DNA from: an uncultured bacterium
GTDB lineage: Bacteria; Caldisericota; Caldisericia; B22-G15
Assembly (NCBI GenBank): GCA_965612865.1
Contig: CBFDTJ010000048.1
Coordinates: forward strand, 1-10,769
Direction of reading: 5' to 3'
Length of the DNA: 10,769 nucleotides
A model generated the notes under the pieces. It saw only the letters and a list, made by a program, of their open reading frames with translations, made no database searches and had not been told where the DNA came from. A program made the translations under genes and the position numbers. Of the stretch, positions 1 to 10,675 are shown one piece after another (the first letter of the stretch is position 1; each line of letters starts with the position of its first letter).

Positions 1-3
1 TTT

Positions 4-69
4 CAAGCAGAAGACGGCATACGAGATCATGCCTAGTCTCGTGGGCTCGGAGATGTGTATAAGAGACAG
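4..69 (+). other. Illumina Nextera adapter (sequencing artefact): P7 4-27, i7 index CATGCCTA 28-35, GTCTCGTGGGCTCGG 36-50, Tn5 mosaic end 51-69
   Basis: Exact match to CAAGCAGAAGACGGCATACGAGAT-[8 nt]-GTCTCGTGGGCTCGG-AGATGTGTATAAGAGACAG; CATGCCTA is the adapter-orientation sequence I recall for index N706; located at the contig edge. Confidence 0.99.
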
Positions 70-83
70 TATAAAAAAGAGGG

Positions 84-542
84 ATGAAAGATGTTTACAT
101 AGAATACGGAGAGGAGATATTTAGATTCTTAAGAAGAATGCTTGGGAATAAGGAAGATGCGGAAGACGTTCTTGAGGAAACTTTTATAACTCTTCTCAAT
201 ACAGAAAAATTAGATAAAAAAACTTTAAAGCAATTTCTGTATAGAATTGCCTACACAAGAGCAGTGGATTTTTTAAGAAAGAAGAAAAAAGAAAAAGATT
301 TCATTGATAGGTTTAAATATTTTGAAAAGAGAGAGAATCGTGATCCATTAGAAATTGAGGAAGCTCTGTTTACTTTAAATGAGAAGGAAAGAGTAGCTGT
401 TCTTCTTTTCTATGAGGATGGATATAGATATGAAGAAATAAGTGAAATTATGGAAATACCCCTGGGAACAGTTAAAACACTCATACATCGAGGCAAAGAA
501 AAATTAAAATACTACTTTAAAGGAGAAGGAAAAGATGGATAG
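84..542 (+). CDS. RNA polymerase sigma-70 factor, ECF subfamily
   Basis: 152 aa; region 2 motifs DAEDVLEETF and FLYRIAYTRAVDFLRK; region 4.2 HTH YEEISEIMEIPLGTVKTLIHRG (SigW-like); in-frame TAA at 72-74 fixes ATG 84 as the first start. Confidence 0.93.
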   Translation: MKDVYIEYGEEIFRFLRRMLGNKEDAEDVLEETFITLLNTEKLDKKTLKQFLYRIAYTRAVDFLRKKKKEKDFIDRFKYFEKRENRDPLEIEEALFTLNEKERVAVLLFYEDGYRYEEISEIMEIPLGTVKTLIHRGKEKLKYYFKGEGKDG

Positions 543-891
543 ATTTGATGAATTTCTTTTTAAGGAATTGAGTAAAAATGTACCTCAGGATAAAAAGATT
601 GCAAAAATAGTTGTGAAGAGACTTTTATTTATTTATAAGATCAAGAAGATTTTTAGTTACTTCCTCCTAACTTTTATCTTCTATCCAGTGCTTTATATTC
701 TTTTCTTTGGAATACCTACAGAGTTTATAAATTTTATATTAAATTTGAAAAGTTCCATTTCTATCCTTGTGGTTACAGGGGGAATCTTCTATCTTCTATA
801 CCTTTCTTTCTTATTAATACTACTTGTTCTCCTTTTAATCTTTATCCTTAAAATAGTGAAACAATTAAAAATCAAACCTCGTATAAATTAA
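535..891 (+). CDS. Small membrane protein, candidate anti-sigma factor
   Basis: 118 aa; overlaps the sigma gene by 8 nt, purine-rich SD upstream; about 38-aa charged N-terminal segment then two long hydrophobic stretches and a basic C-terminus; anti-sigma role inferred from position only, no HxxxCxxC zinc motif. Confidence 0.6.
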   Translation: MDRFDEFLFKELSKNVPQDKKIAKIVVKRLLFIYKIKKIFSYFLLTFIFYPVLYILFFGIPTEFINFILNLKSSISILVVTGGIFYLLYLSFLLILLVLLLIFILKIVKQLKIKPRIN

Positions 892-895
892 GGAA

Positions 896-903
896 AAGGA
901 GGT
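896..903 (+). promoter_or_regulatory. Shine-Dalgarno AAGGAGGT for the 908 ORF
   Basis: Near-perfect anti-SD complement 4 nt upstream of ATG 908. Confidence 0.8.
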
Positions 904-907
904 TGAG

Positions 908-1912
908 ATGGCTATTAAAACAAAACTATACTTGTTTCTTTTAATATTAGTGTTAACTTTATCCCTTACAGCTTCTGTTTCCTCTGAGTCACCCTACGTA
1001 GTAAAAGAAGGAAATGTAGTTGAGGAATTGTCTCTTACCAATACTGATCTATATGTATATGGTTATGTAAAACTTTTGAATCTTGGAACTGGCGATGTTA
1101 AGGTGTTTGATAAGGGAAGAGTTGATAAGCTAAGAGTGGGAGCAGGGAATGTTGAAATATATGGAGAAGCGAGAGATGTACAGGTAGGACTTGGAGATGT
1201 GATTCTTTATGGTGTTGTAAAGGGAGACATAGAGGTTGGATTGGGAAATGTTATACTAAAGCCCAACTCTATTGTAGAAGGTGATATTAGAGTTGTTGGA
1301 GAGATTAATAGAGAAAAAGGTAGTATAGTTAAAGGTGAAATTGAATCCACCAGACTTCCAAAGATCCCATTCATTTCTCAGATATTTAAAAATAAAGAAT
1401 TTTTAAAAAGGATACCCTTACATATTCGTATGGGGGATAAAAGACCCAGAGTTCCCAAATTAGTGCTTTTCTTTATCTTTCTCTTCGTTTCTTTTCTTAT
1501 TCTTGCTTTATTTCCTCGTGCTACAGAGAGAGGAGTTAAATATCTATCTTCTAAGCCAATGAACTCATTTCTTCTATCTCTTGTACTACTTGCTATCAGT
1601 CTTGGAATTCTCATTCTGCTTGTGATTACAATAATTGGAATAATTCTCACTCCACTTATAATAATTGGAGTATTTATCTTTTATCTATTTGGTACTACTA
1701 TCTTTTATACAACGATAGGAACTCACATCCTTAGGTTGTTAAATTTAGAAAAGCCAAATCTTGTTCTGTCATACTTTGTTGCTTCTATACCTCTTATTTT
1801 GATAAATATTTTTGTACCTTATGGTGGATTGATATCCTTTGTATCTTTGGTTTTTGGATTAGGAGCTGCCTTTAAGAGCACTTTCCCGAAACTTGTAATA
1901 TTTAATCTGTAG
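908..1912 (+). CDS. Membrane protein with signal peptide, beta-helical (bactofilin/polymer-forming-like) extracytoplasmic domain and C-terminal multi-pass membrane domain
   Basis: 334 aa; N-terminal signal/anchor MAIKTKLYLFLLILVLTLSLTA; about 16-18-residue G-[DN]-V-x-[VIL] repeats (GTGDVKV, GAGNVEI, GLGDVIL, GLGNVIL, VEGDIRV); about 5 hydrophobic segments from residue ~185; strong SD. Confidence 0.72.
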   Translation: MAIKTKLYLFLLILVLTLSLTASVSSESPYVVKEGNVVEELSLTNTDLYVYGYVKLLNLGTGDVKVFDKGRVDKLRVGAGNVEIYGEARDVQVGLGDVILYGVVKGDIEVGLGNVILKPNSIVEGDIRVVGEINREKGSIVKGEIESTRLPKIPFISQIFKNKEFLKRIPLHIRMGDKRPRVPKLVLFFIFLFVSFLILALFPRATERGVKYLSSKPMNSFLLSLVLLAISLGILILLVITIIGIILTPLIIIGVFIFYLFGTTIFYTTIGTHILRLLNLEKPNLVLSYFVASIPLILINIFVPYGGLISFVSLVFGLGAAFKSTFPKLVIFNL

Positions 1913-2342
1913 ATACTTCTCTTGAAGTGAAAAGGTGGGAGAAACATCTTTTATCTGAAGACCCAAATCCCTTTATATACTCTTTCATAAATTTTCTCAT
2001 AATGTTAGAGATTACATCTTCTGACATTTCCTTGAATAAGAAAACCCCTGTTACCTCTCCCGCTCTAATTAAATAGTCTATATGCCATTTTGTTTTCCTC
2101 TTCTTAAAGTATCTTTGAATTCTTCTTTTAATACCACCCTGAGCACTTCCCACATAGAAATAGAGTCCCTTCTTAAACAAAAATTCTCCCAGTTTGCCAA
2201 TTCGTATCCTTTTATCCTTTTTAATTTCTACAACAAGTACATAGGAACCCCTATAAAAAGGAAAAGGAGGAGCAGTTCTAAACTCAAAGTCAATCCCCTC
2301 CTTTTTAAGGGCCTCCAAAACATACAAAATTTCTTTATTCAA
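1902..2342 (-). CDS. DUF123 / COG1833 GIY-YIG (Uri) superfamily putative endonuclease
   Basis: GSYVL...IRIGKLG...GLYFYVGSA...RRIQRY...KWHIDYL...GFGSSD..C.SHLF signature; TTG start overlaps the hutU stop by 8 nt; exact start uncertain. Confidence 0.85.
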   Translation of the reverse strand: MNKEILYVLEALKKEGIDFEFRTAPPFPFYRGSYVLVVEIKKDKRIRIGKLGEFLFKKGLYFYVGSAQGGIKRRIQRYFKKRKTKWHIDYLIRAGEVTGVFLFKEMSEDVISNIMRKFMKEYIKGFGSSDKRCFSHLFTSREVSTD

Positions 2343-3993
2343 TTGATGGTGTTTTTATTCCATGTTCTCTGGCAAATTTAATTGCTTCATCATACCCTGC
2401 ATCCAGATGTCTTACAACTCCAAGACCTGGATCATTGTTAAGAACAAGCTCTAATCTTTTATCTGCCATTTCTGTCCCATCAGCAACTACAACCATCCCA
2501 GCATGAATTGAGTATCCGATACCTACTCCACCTCCATGATGGACTGCCACCCATGTTGCACCAGATACTGCATTCAAAAGACCATTAAGGATAGGCCAAT
2601 CGGCTATAGCATCTGAACCATCCTTCATGCCTTCTGTCTCTCTATTTGGCGAAGCAACTGATCCTGCATCAAGATGATCTCTTCCAATTACAATAGGAGC
2701 TGATATTTTTCCCTTTTTAACAAGATCATTTATTATTTTTCCAAAGTGAGCTCTTTCACCATATCCAAGCCAGCAAATTCTAGCTGGTAATCCCTGAAAT
2801 TTAACCTTTTCTCTTGCCAGTTTTATCCATCTTACAAGATGGGTATCTTCAGGAAATTCTTTAACTACGATTTCGTCAGTTATGTATATATCTTTGGGGT
2901 CCCCGGAAAGAGCTGCCCATCTAAAAGGTCCTTTCCCCTCAAAAAACAAGGGTCTTATATATGCTGGAACAAAGCCTGGAAAGGCAAAAGCTTCTTTGAA
3001 TCCTGCTTTATAGGCCTGTCCTCTTATATTATTTCCATAATCAAACACAACAGACCCTTTCTTTTTGAACTCCACCATCGCTTCTACATGTTTAACTATA
3101 GATTCATAGGCTAATTTCCTGTATTCTTCAGGATTTTCTTTTCTTAACTTGAGCGCCTCCTCATAAGGGATTCCTGAGGGGACATATCCATTTAATTCAT
3201 CATGAGCAGAAGTTTGGTCAGTTACCACATCAGGAATTATCCCCCTCTTAAGTAATCCTGTGTATAGATCCACTGCGTTCATTACTACACCAATGGATCT
3301 TGGGATCCTTTTTTCTTTTGCCTCCTCCATGAGTTTAAGTGCTTCATCGAGAGAATCAATAAGGAATTCAAGATAACCGGTTTTTATCCTTCGTTCTGCT
3401 CTCTTTCTATCCACTTCTGCTATTATACACACTCCTTCGTTCATGGTAATTGCCAGAGGTTGTGCTCCACCCATCCCTCCGAGTCCAGCAGAAAGTACAA
3501 ATTTTCCCTTCAAAGTTCCATTAAAATGTTTGTTTGCTAAAGAGGCAAATGTTTCATATGTTCCTTGAAGTATTCCCTGAGTTCCAATGTATATCCAGCT
3601 TCCAGCTGTCATCTGACCATACATAGTTAATCCAAGCGCTTCAAGACGTCTAAATTCATCCCATGTTGCCCATTTTGGGACAAGCATAGCATTTGATATA
3701 AGAACTCTTGGAGCAAATTCATGGGTTTTAAATATTCCAACAGGCTTTCCTGATTGTACTATAAGTGTTTCATCATTCTCAAGCTCCTTAAGAGCTTTAA
3801 CGATGTTCCAGAATGCTTCCCAGTTTCTTGCCGCCTTGCCTGTGCCTCCATAAACTATGAGTTCTTCTGGTTTCTCTGCAACTTCAGGATCAAGATTATT
3901 CATAAGCATTCTCAGAGCAGCTTCCTGCCCCCAACCCTTTGTGTTTAATTTAGTTCCTCTCGGTGCTCTTATAACCACTCTCTCATTTTTCAT
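2335..3993 (-). CDS. hutU: Urocanate hydratase (urocanase)
   Basis: 552 aa; [40 protein letters not shown]-binding [45 protein letters not shown] upstream. Confidence 0.98.
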   Translation of the reverse strand: MKNERVVIRAPRGTKLNTKGWGQEAALRMLMNNLDPEVAEKPEELIVYGGTGKAARNWEAFWNIVKALKELENDETLIVQSGKPVGIFKTHEFAPRVLISNAMLVPKWATWDEFRRLEALGLTMYGQMTAGSWIYIGTQGILQGTYETFASLANKHFNGTLKGKFVLSAGLGGMGGAQPLAITMNEGVCIIAEVDRKRAERRIKTGYLEFLIDSLDEALKLMEEAKEKRIPRSIGVVMNAVDLYTGLLKRGIIPDVVTDQTSAHDELNGYVPSGIPYEEALKLRKENPEEYRKLAYESIVKHVEAMVEFKKKGSVVFDYGNNIRGQAYKAGFKEAFAFPGFVPAYIRPLFFEGKGPFRWAALSGDPKDIYITDEIVVKEFPEDTHLVRWIKLAREKVKFQGLPARICWLGYGERAHFGKIINDLVKKGKISAPIVIGRDHLDAGSVASPNRETEGMKDGSDAIADWPILNGLLNAVSGATWVAVHHGGGVGIGYSIHAGMVVVADGTEMADKRLELVLNNDPGLGVVRHLDAGYDEAIKFAREHGIKTPSIE

Positions 3994-4006
3994 TTTTTGC
4001 CTCCTT

Positions 4007-4348
4007 TTATAAATACTCTTTTAATCTTTCAGCATTTTTCCTTAAAACAACTCTTATAAGACCAAGATTTGCTCTCTTTCTTGCTACAACAGCAAGAAAG
4101 AGTTCACCTACACTTTTTATAAATATATTTCCTCTTTCTGACTCCAGAGTTACAAAGTCAAGTTCGCCAAGATGGGTAGTTGTGAGAATAGTTTTTGCGG
4201 TTCTAAATATAGTAGCACATAAGCCCGAAATTGCTTCAGGGTCTAGGGAAGTATCTGATATACTGTCCACGAGAAGCCCATCTTCCTCAATTATCATAGC
4301 CACAAAAACATCTGGCAAACTTTTAAGTTTCTCAAGAATTTCTCTCAA
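4007..4348 (-). CDS. Roadblock/LC7 domain protein (MglB-like)
   Basis: 113 aa; IL..L...PDV..AMII..DGLLV start, LG.L..VTLE...G.IFI middle and ANLGLIR C-terminal motif typical of the family; TTG start with AGGAGG 6 nt upstream. Confidence 0.88.
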   Translation of the reverse strand: MREILEKLKSLPDVFVAMIIEEDGLLVDSISDTSLDPEAISGLCATIFRTAKTILTTTHLGELDFVTLESERGNIFIKSVGELFLAVVARKRANLGLIRVVLRKNAERLKEYL

Positions 4349-4350
4349 TT

Positions 4351-6597
4351 TTAGCCTCCTTTATAAGTTTCACCAAAATGATTTGAGAACTCTATTAAAT
4401 CTTCTCCATCAATTAGACCGTCCATAGTAAAGTCCACAACATCAAGATAGTTTTCATCTGGGTAATAAAACCCAAAATGATTTGAGAACTCTATTAAATC
4501 TTCTCCGTCCACTATTCCATCAAGATTCACATCCCATACTGGATACTCTCTATCAGTTATCTGTATATCTTCTGAATTAACTTTCTCAATCTCTATTTCT
4601 TCATTTATCACAATATTTGTAAGGTCAATACTGGTTTCACCATCCTTTTTAGCAAAGAATAATACAGTAAAAAGATTATTTTTAGAGATATCTTTCAGAT
4701 TAAACATAATTTTTCCATCTGATAGTTTTTTAAAAGATATGGTTCCGCTACTTTCTATCTTAAAGAATTTAATGACCTCTGAATTATATTCAATATAACC
4801 CTTTATGGAAGATATAAGCTTTGAAGACAAAAATGATAGTTTGAAGAGTCTTCCAACACTAGTTTCGACCTGATTTGAAAAGATGTTTAGAGCTTCTTCC
4901 GGCACTTTTAATGAAACAGAAGGATCTCCAAGAATGTTAAACACATAAATGTTTTGATATCTTTCATATTTTTGAAGAGGATAGATAAGATTTTCAAAGT
5001 AGTATTCCTTTGCTTCATTTAAAGATTCTGATACATCATAAAAACTGGATATTTTTTCGGAAAATTTGTACATAATGCTTTGGAGCCATCCATCTTCTAC
5101 ATCTCTCCATCCCAATCCATACCAAGCAGTCTCAGTAGATGCAATAACGCTCACCGAATAGAATTTAAGAAAAATGTGAGCCAATGAGTCTTCTACATCA
5201 AACATATTATCGCATGCTCCCATAAAAGTTATTGATGGAATGCTTGTGTCCATATTGGAGAGTGAATTTATATCTACAAATTTTATAAATTGTCCTTCAT
5301 CATTCTGGAAGTAGCCATCCTTATTTTTATCTTCGCTCCATACCTTTCTAAATGTTGCCTGAGGTATACCATGTCCTTGCCATAGAATAAGTGCTGGCTG
5401 TACTTCTTTCTGGTATTTTATGAAGTTTTCATATGTGAGGGGATATCCTTCAACATTAGAAGCCCGGATTCCTTCTTTTTCTGAGAGGAAGGTTCCTGCA
5501 AACCCCTTACTTTCTAAAGTCTTATCGAATATTACTTTTAAGGAATACGCTCCGTCTGTTTCCGGCATGTCGCCGAAAATACCTTTCTCTTTAAAATTCC
5601 AGAATCCTCCCGGAAGAAGAACTTTAGATTTGTTCTTTAATTTTTCAAAAGTTATAATTCTGTTCAGGATTTCCACTATAGTATCTATATTATTTTCTGG
5701 AATTCTACCTACCCCGATTTCTGAGTAAAAATCAATTTTATCCTCTTCCGGTTCGCCCGGGTAATTATCGTTATCAAAATTTATGTTACTATCTAGCTCC
5801 CCATAAAAGAAATCTGTTTCAACAGGCAGATCCTCACCATTAGGATGAGGGAAAACAGTGAACATGGGAATTTCCTCTGTAGTACCAATTAACAAAAGAT
5901 ACTTTATGTTCATATTCTCATAATTTTCCTTAAGGTAGTTCCTTATATTTTCCTCTACATTTTCTCCTTCAAAGTCTTCAAGTGGTTTAAATACAACGTT
6001 GAAACTATTTTCTTCTTTGTAATCAATGAAAAACTTAATTCTTTCTTTTAGATCTTTTTTCCCTATAATGAGATATACTGGATGATCTGATGTTTTTTGT
6101 TCTCTGTACAAAGTGAATTTTTTTTGTAAAAAAATCCTCAACTTAAACTTGATTAACCATTTTGCAACTCTGGTTTTTTCATTGTACACTATAGGATAAT
6201 ATTTGAAAAGAAGGAAACTTTCATTTCTTTTTCTAAATCTCCCTATGAATAGAATATTATCCTCCGGAAGGGAGTATTGAAGTTTTGTAAGTGTAACGGA
6301 GAAAACTTTTTTGGCTAAACTCATTTTTAGATTTTTGGAGATCGTATCTTCAACGCTAAAACCCTTAAATTCAAGATTTTGTGAAATAGGAATCTTTATA
6401 TTTACGAAGGGCAAAGAAAATGGAGGTTCAATTTTTTCTTTACTAATTAACCCTTCTATTCTTCCATCAACGTACTTAAATGAAATTTCTGGAGTACTGA
6501 ATCTTCTTTCAATTATCAGAGACTCATATGAAGAGACAGGTCTTGCAAAGTTCAGGAGAAGAAACATTGTAGCTATAAAAATTAAATATTTTTTCAT
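4351..6597 (-). CDS. Secreted C25-family (gingipain-like) cysteine peptidase with propeptide, C-terminal cohesin-like domain and dockerin
   Basis: 748 aa; signal peptide; YLII, IRNYLK..Y....KYLLLIG, TDFFY, IGVGRIP, WQGHG (His409), FMGACDN (Cys462), FNILGDPS; beta-rich cohesin-like segment ~570-680; duplicated DxxxDGxxDGEDL dockerin ~689-743; SD AGGAGGT at 6601-6607. Confidence 0.88.
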   Translation of the reverse strand: MKKYLIFIATMFLLLNFARPVSSYESLIIERRFSTPEISFKYVDGRIEGLISKEKIEPPFSLPFVNIKIPISQNLEFKGFSVEDTISKNLKMSLAKKVFSVTLTKLQYSLPEDNILFIGRFRKRNESFLLFKYYPIVYNEKTRVAKWLIKFKLRIFLQKKFTLYREQKTSDHPVYLIIGKKDLKERIKFFIDYKEENSFNVVFKPLEDFEGENVEENIRNYLKENYENMNIKYLLLIGTTEEIPMFTVFPHPNGEDLPVETDFFYGELDSNINFDNDNYPGEPEEDKIDFYSEIGVGRIPENNIDTIVEILNRIITFEKLKNKSKVLLPGGFWNFKEKGIFGDMPETDGAYSLKVIFDKTLESKGFAGTFLSEKEGIRASNVEGYPLTYENFIKYQKEVQPALILWQGHGIPQATFRKVWSEDKNKDGYFQNDEGQFIKFVDINSLSNMDTSIPSITFMGACDNMFDVEDSLAHIFLKFYSVSVIASTETAWYGLGWRDVEDGWLQSIMYKFSEKISSFYDVSESLNEAKEYYFENLIYPLQKYERYQNIYVFNILGDPSVSLKVPEEALNIFSNQVETSVGRLFKLSFLSSKLISSIKGYIEYNSEVIKFFKIESSGTISFKKLSDGKIMFNLKDISKNNLFTVLFFAKKDGETSIDLTNIVINEEIEIEKVNSEDIQITDREYPVWDVNLDGIVDGEDLIEFSNHFGFYYPDENYLDVVDFTMDGLIDGEDLIEFSNHFGETYKGG
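4373..4506. repeat. Perfect 35-bp direct repeat (4373-4407 and 4472-4506), period 99 bp, encoding the two dockerin halves
   Basis: ccaaaatgatttgagaactctattaaatcttctcc occurs twice; encodes GEDLIEFSNHFG on the minus strand in both copies. Confidence 0.97.
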
Positions 6598-6608
6598 AAA
6601 ACCTCCTA

Positions 6609-9785
<3,177 letters not shown>

Positions 9786-9793
<8 letters not shown>

Positions 9794-10631
9794 CTTTCTT
9801 CCCCTTTCTTCTCTCTTCTTTTTTAAGCATTAGTATAAGCATACCTCTAAGTTCGAGTACAGATAGATACCTTGTTAATTTTCCTTCAGAAGCAATAGAA
9901 ATTATTCCCGTTTCTTCAGATACAATTATGGAAACAGCGTCAGTTATCTCTGATATACCTAAACCAGCTCTATGCCTTGTTCCGAGCTCTCTCTCTATTC
10001 TTTCGTTTTCTGAAAGTGGTAAAAGGCATCTTGCAGCAGTGACCCTGTTTTTTCTAATAATTACAGCGCCATCATGCAAAGGGGAGTTAGGATAAAATAT
10101 GGTAGAAAGGAGTTCTGATGTAACCTTTGCACCAACAGGAACACCAGTTTGAATGTAATCATTTAAATTATCCTCCCTTTCTATTACAATAAGTGCTCCT
10201 ATTTTATTCAAGGAGAGATATTTGACAGCCTTTACTATCTCATCAATCACTTTTATTATATCTTCTTCTGTATGCGAGAGAAATTCAAAACTTTCACCAA
10301 ATATGTTTCTTCTACCAAGACTTCCGAGAAATTTTCTGATCTCAGGTTGAAATATAACGGCAAGTATTATGGGAAGCATACTAACTATGGATAAAATTCC
10401 TCTTAAGACCCAATTCACAGCAATGAAACCAAGCCATGCAGATATTCTTGAGGCGAGAAAGACAAGAATAAAGAATACGATAGTTCCCTGAATCAACTGC
10501 CATACTCTTGTTGCTTGCAGGGCATATAAAATTTTATATAAAATAAAAGCAATAATAAGGATATCTAAAATACTAGCTATAACATTCCATACAGTCCAAC
10601 CTTTGAATAATTCAAGAACATAAGTTGCCAT
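9786..10631 (-). CDS. cdaA: Membrane-bound diadenylate cyclase CdaA (DacA)
   Basis: 281 aa; three N-terminal TM segments, IFQPEIR, GALIVIER, catalytic PLHDGA and GTRHRA motifs, VSEETG. Confidence 0.97.
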
Positions 10632-10640
10632 CTTAAGTTT

Positions 10641-10668
10641 ATTCTACAACTTTTTTAGCCTATTTCAA
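10641..10668 (-). promoter_or_regulatory. Putative housekeeping-sigma promoter for the cdaA operon
   Basis: Minus strand TTGAAA (10668-10663), 16-nt spacer, TAGAAT (10646-10641), 9 nt, ATG of cdaA; no SD between. Confidence 0.6.
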
Positions 10669-10675
10669 CTTATAC

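Noticed and set aside
51..69. Tn5 mosaic end as a genuine transposon terminal repeat
   Set aside because: Embedded in a full Nextera P7-index adapter at the contig edge; no transposase or partner end
1378..1650. 90-aa minus-strand ORF
   Set aside because: Antisense shadow of the 908-1912 membrane protein; no recognisable motif
2276..2305. [10 protein letters not shown] in the nested mini-ORF as a type IV prepilin cleavage motif
   Set aside because: Glu is at +6 rather than +5 after Gly, and the ORF ends after 31 aa with no pilin body
2082..2381. 99-aa plus-strand ORF
   Set aside because: Antisense to DUF123 and the hutU end; no motif or SD
2839..3948. Plus-strand ORFs 2839-3114 and 3754-3948
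   Set aside because: Antisense shadows within highly conserved hutU
4373..4506. 35-bp direct repeat as a mini CRISPR array or att site
   Set aside because: Only two copies, 64-bp gap, in-frame 99-bp period inside a CDS and explained by the dockerin duplication; no cas or integrase genes
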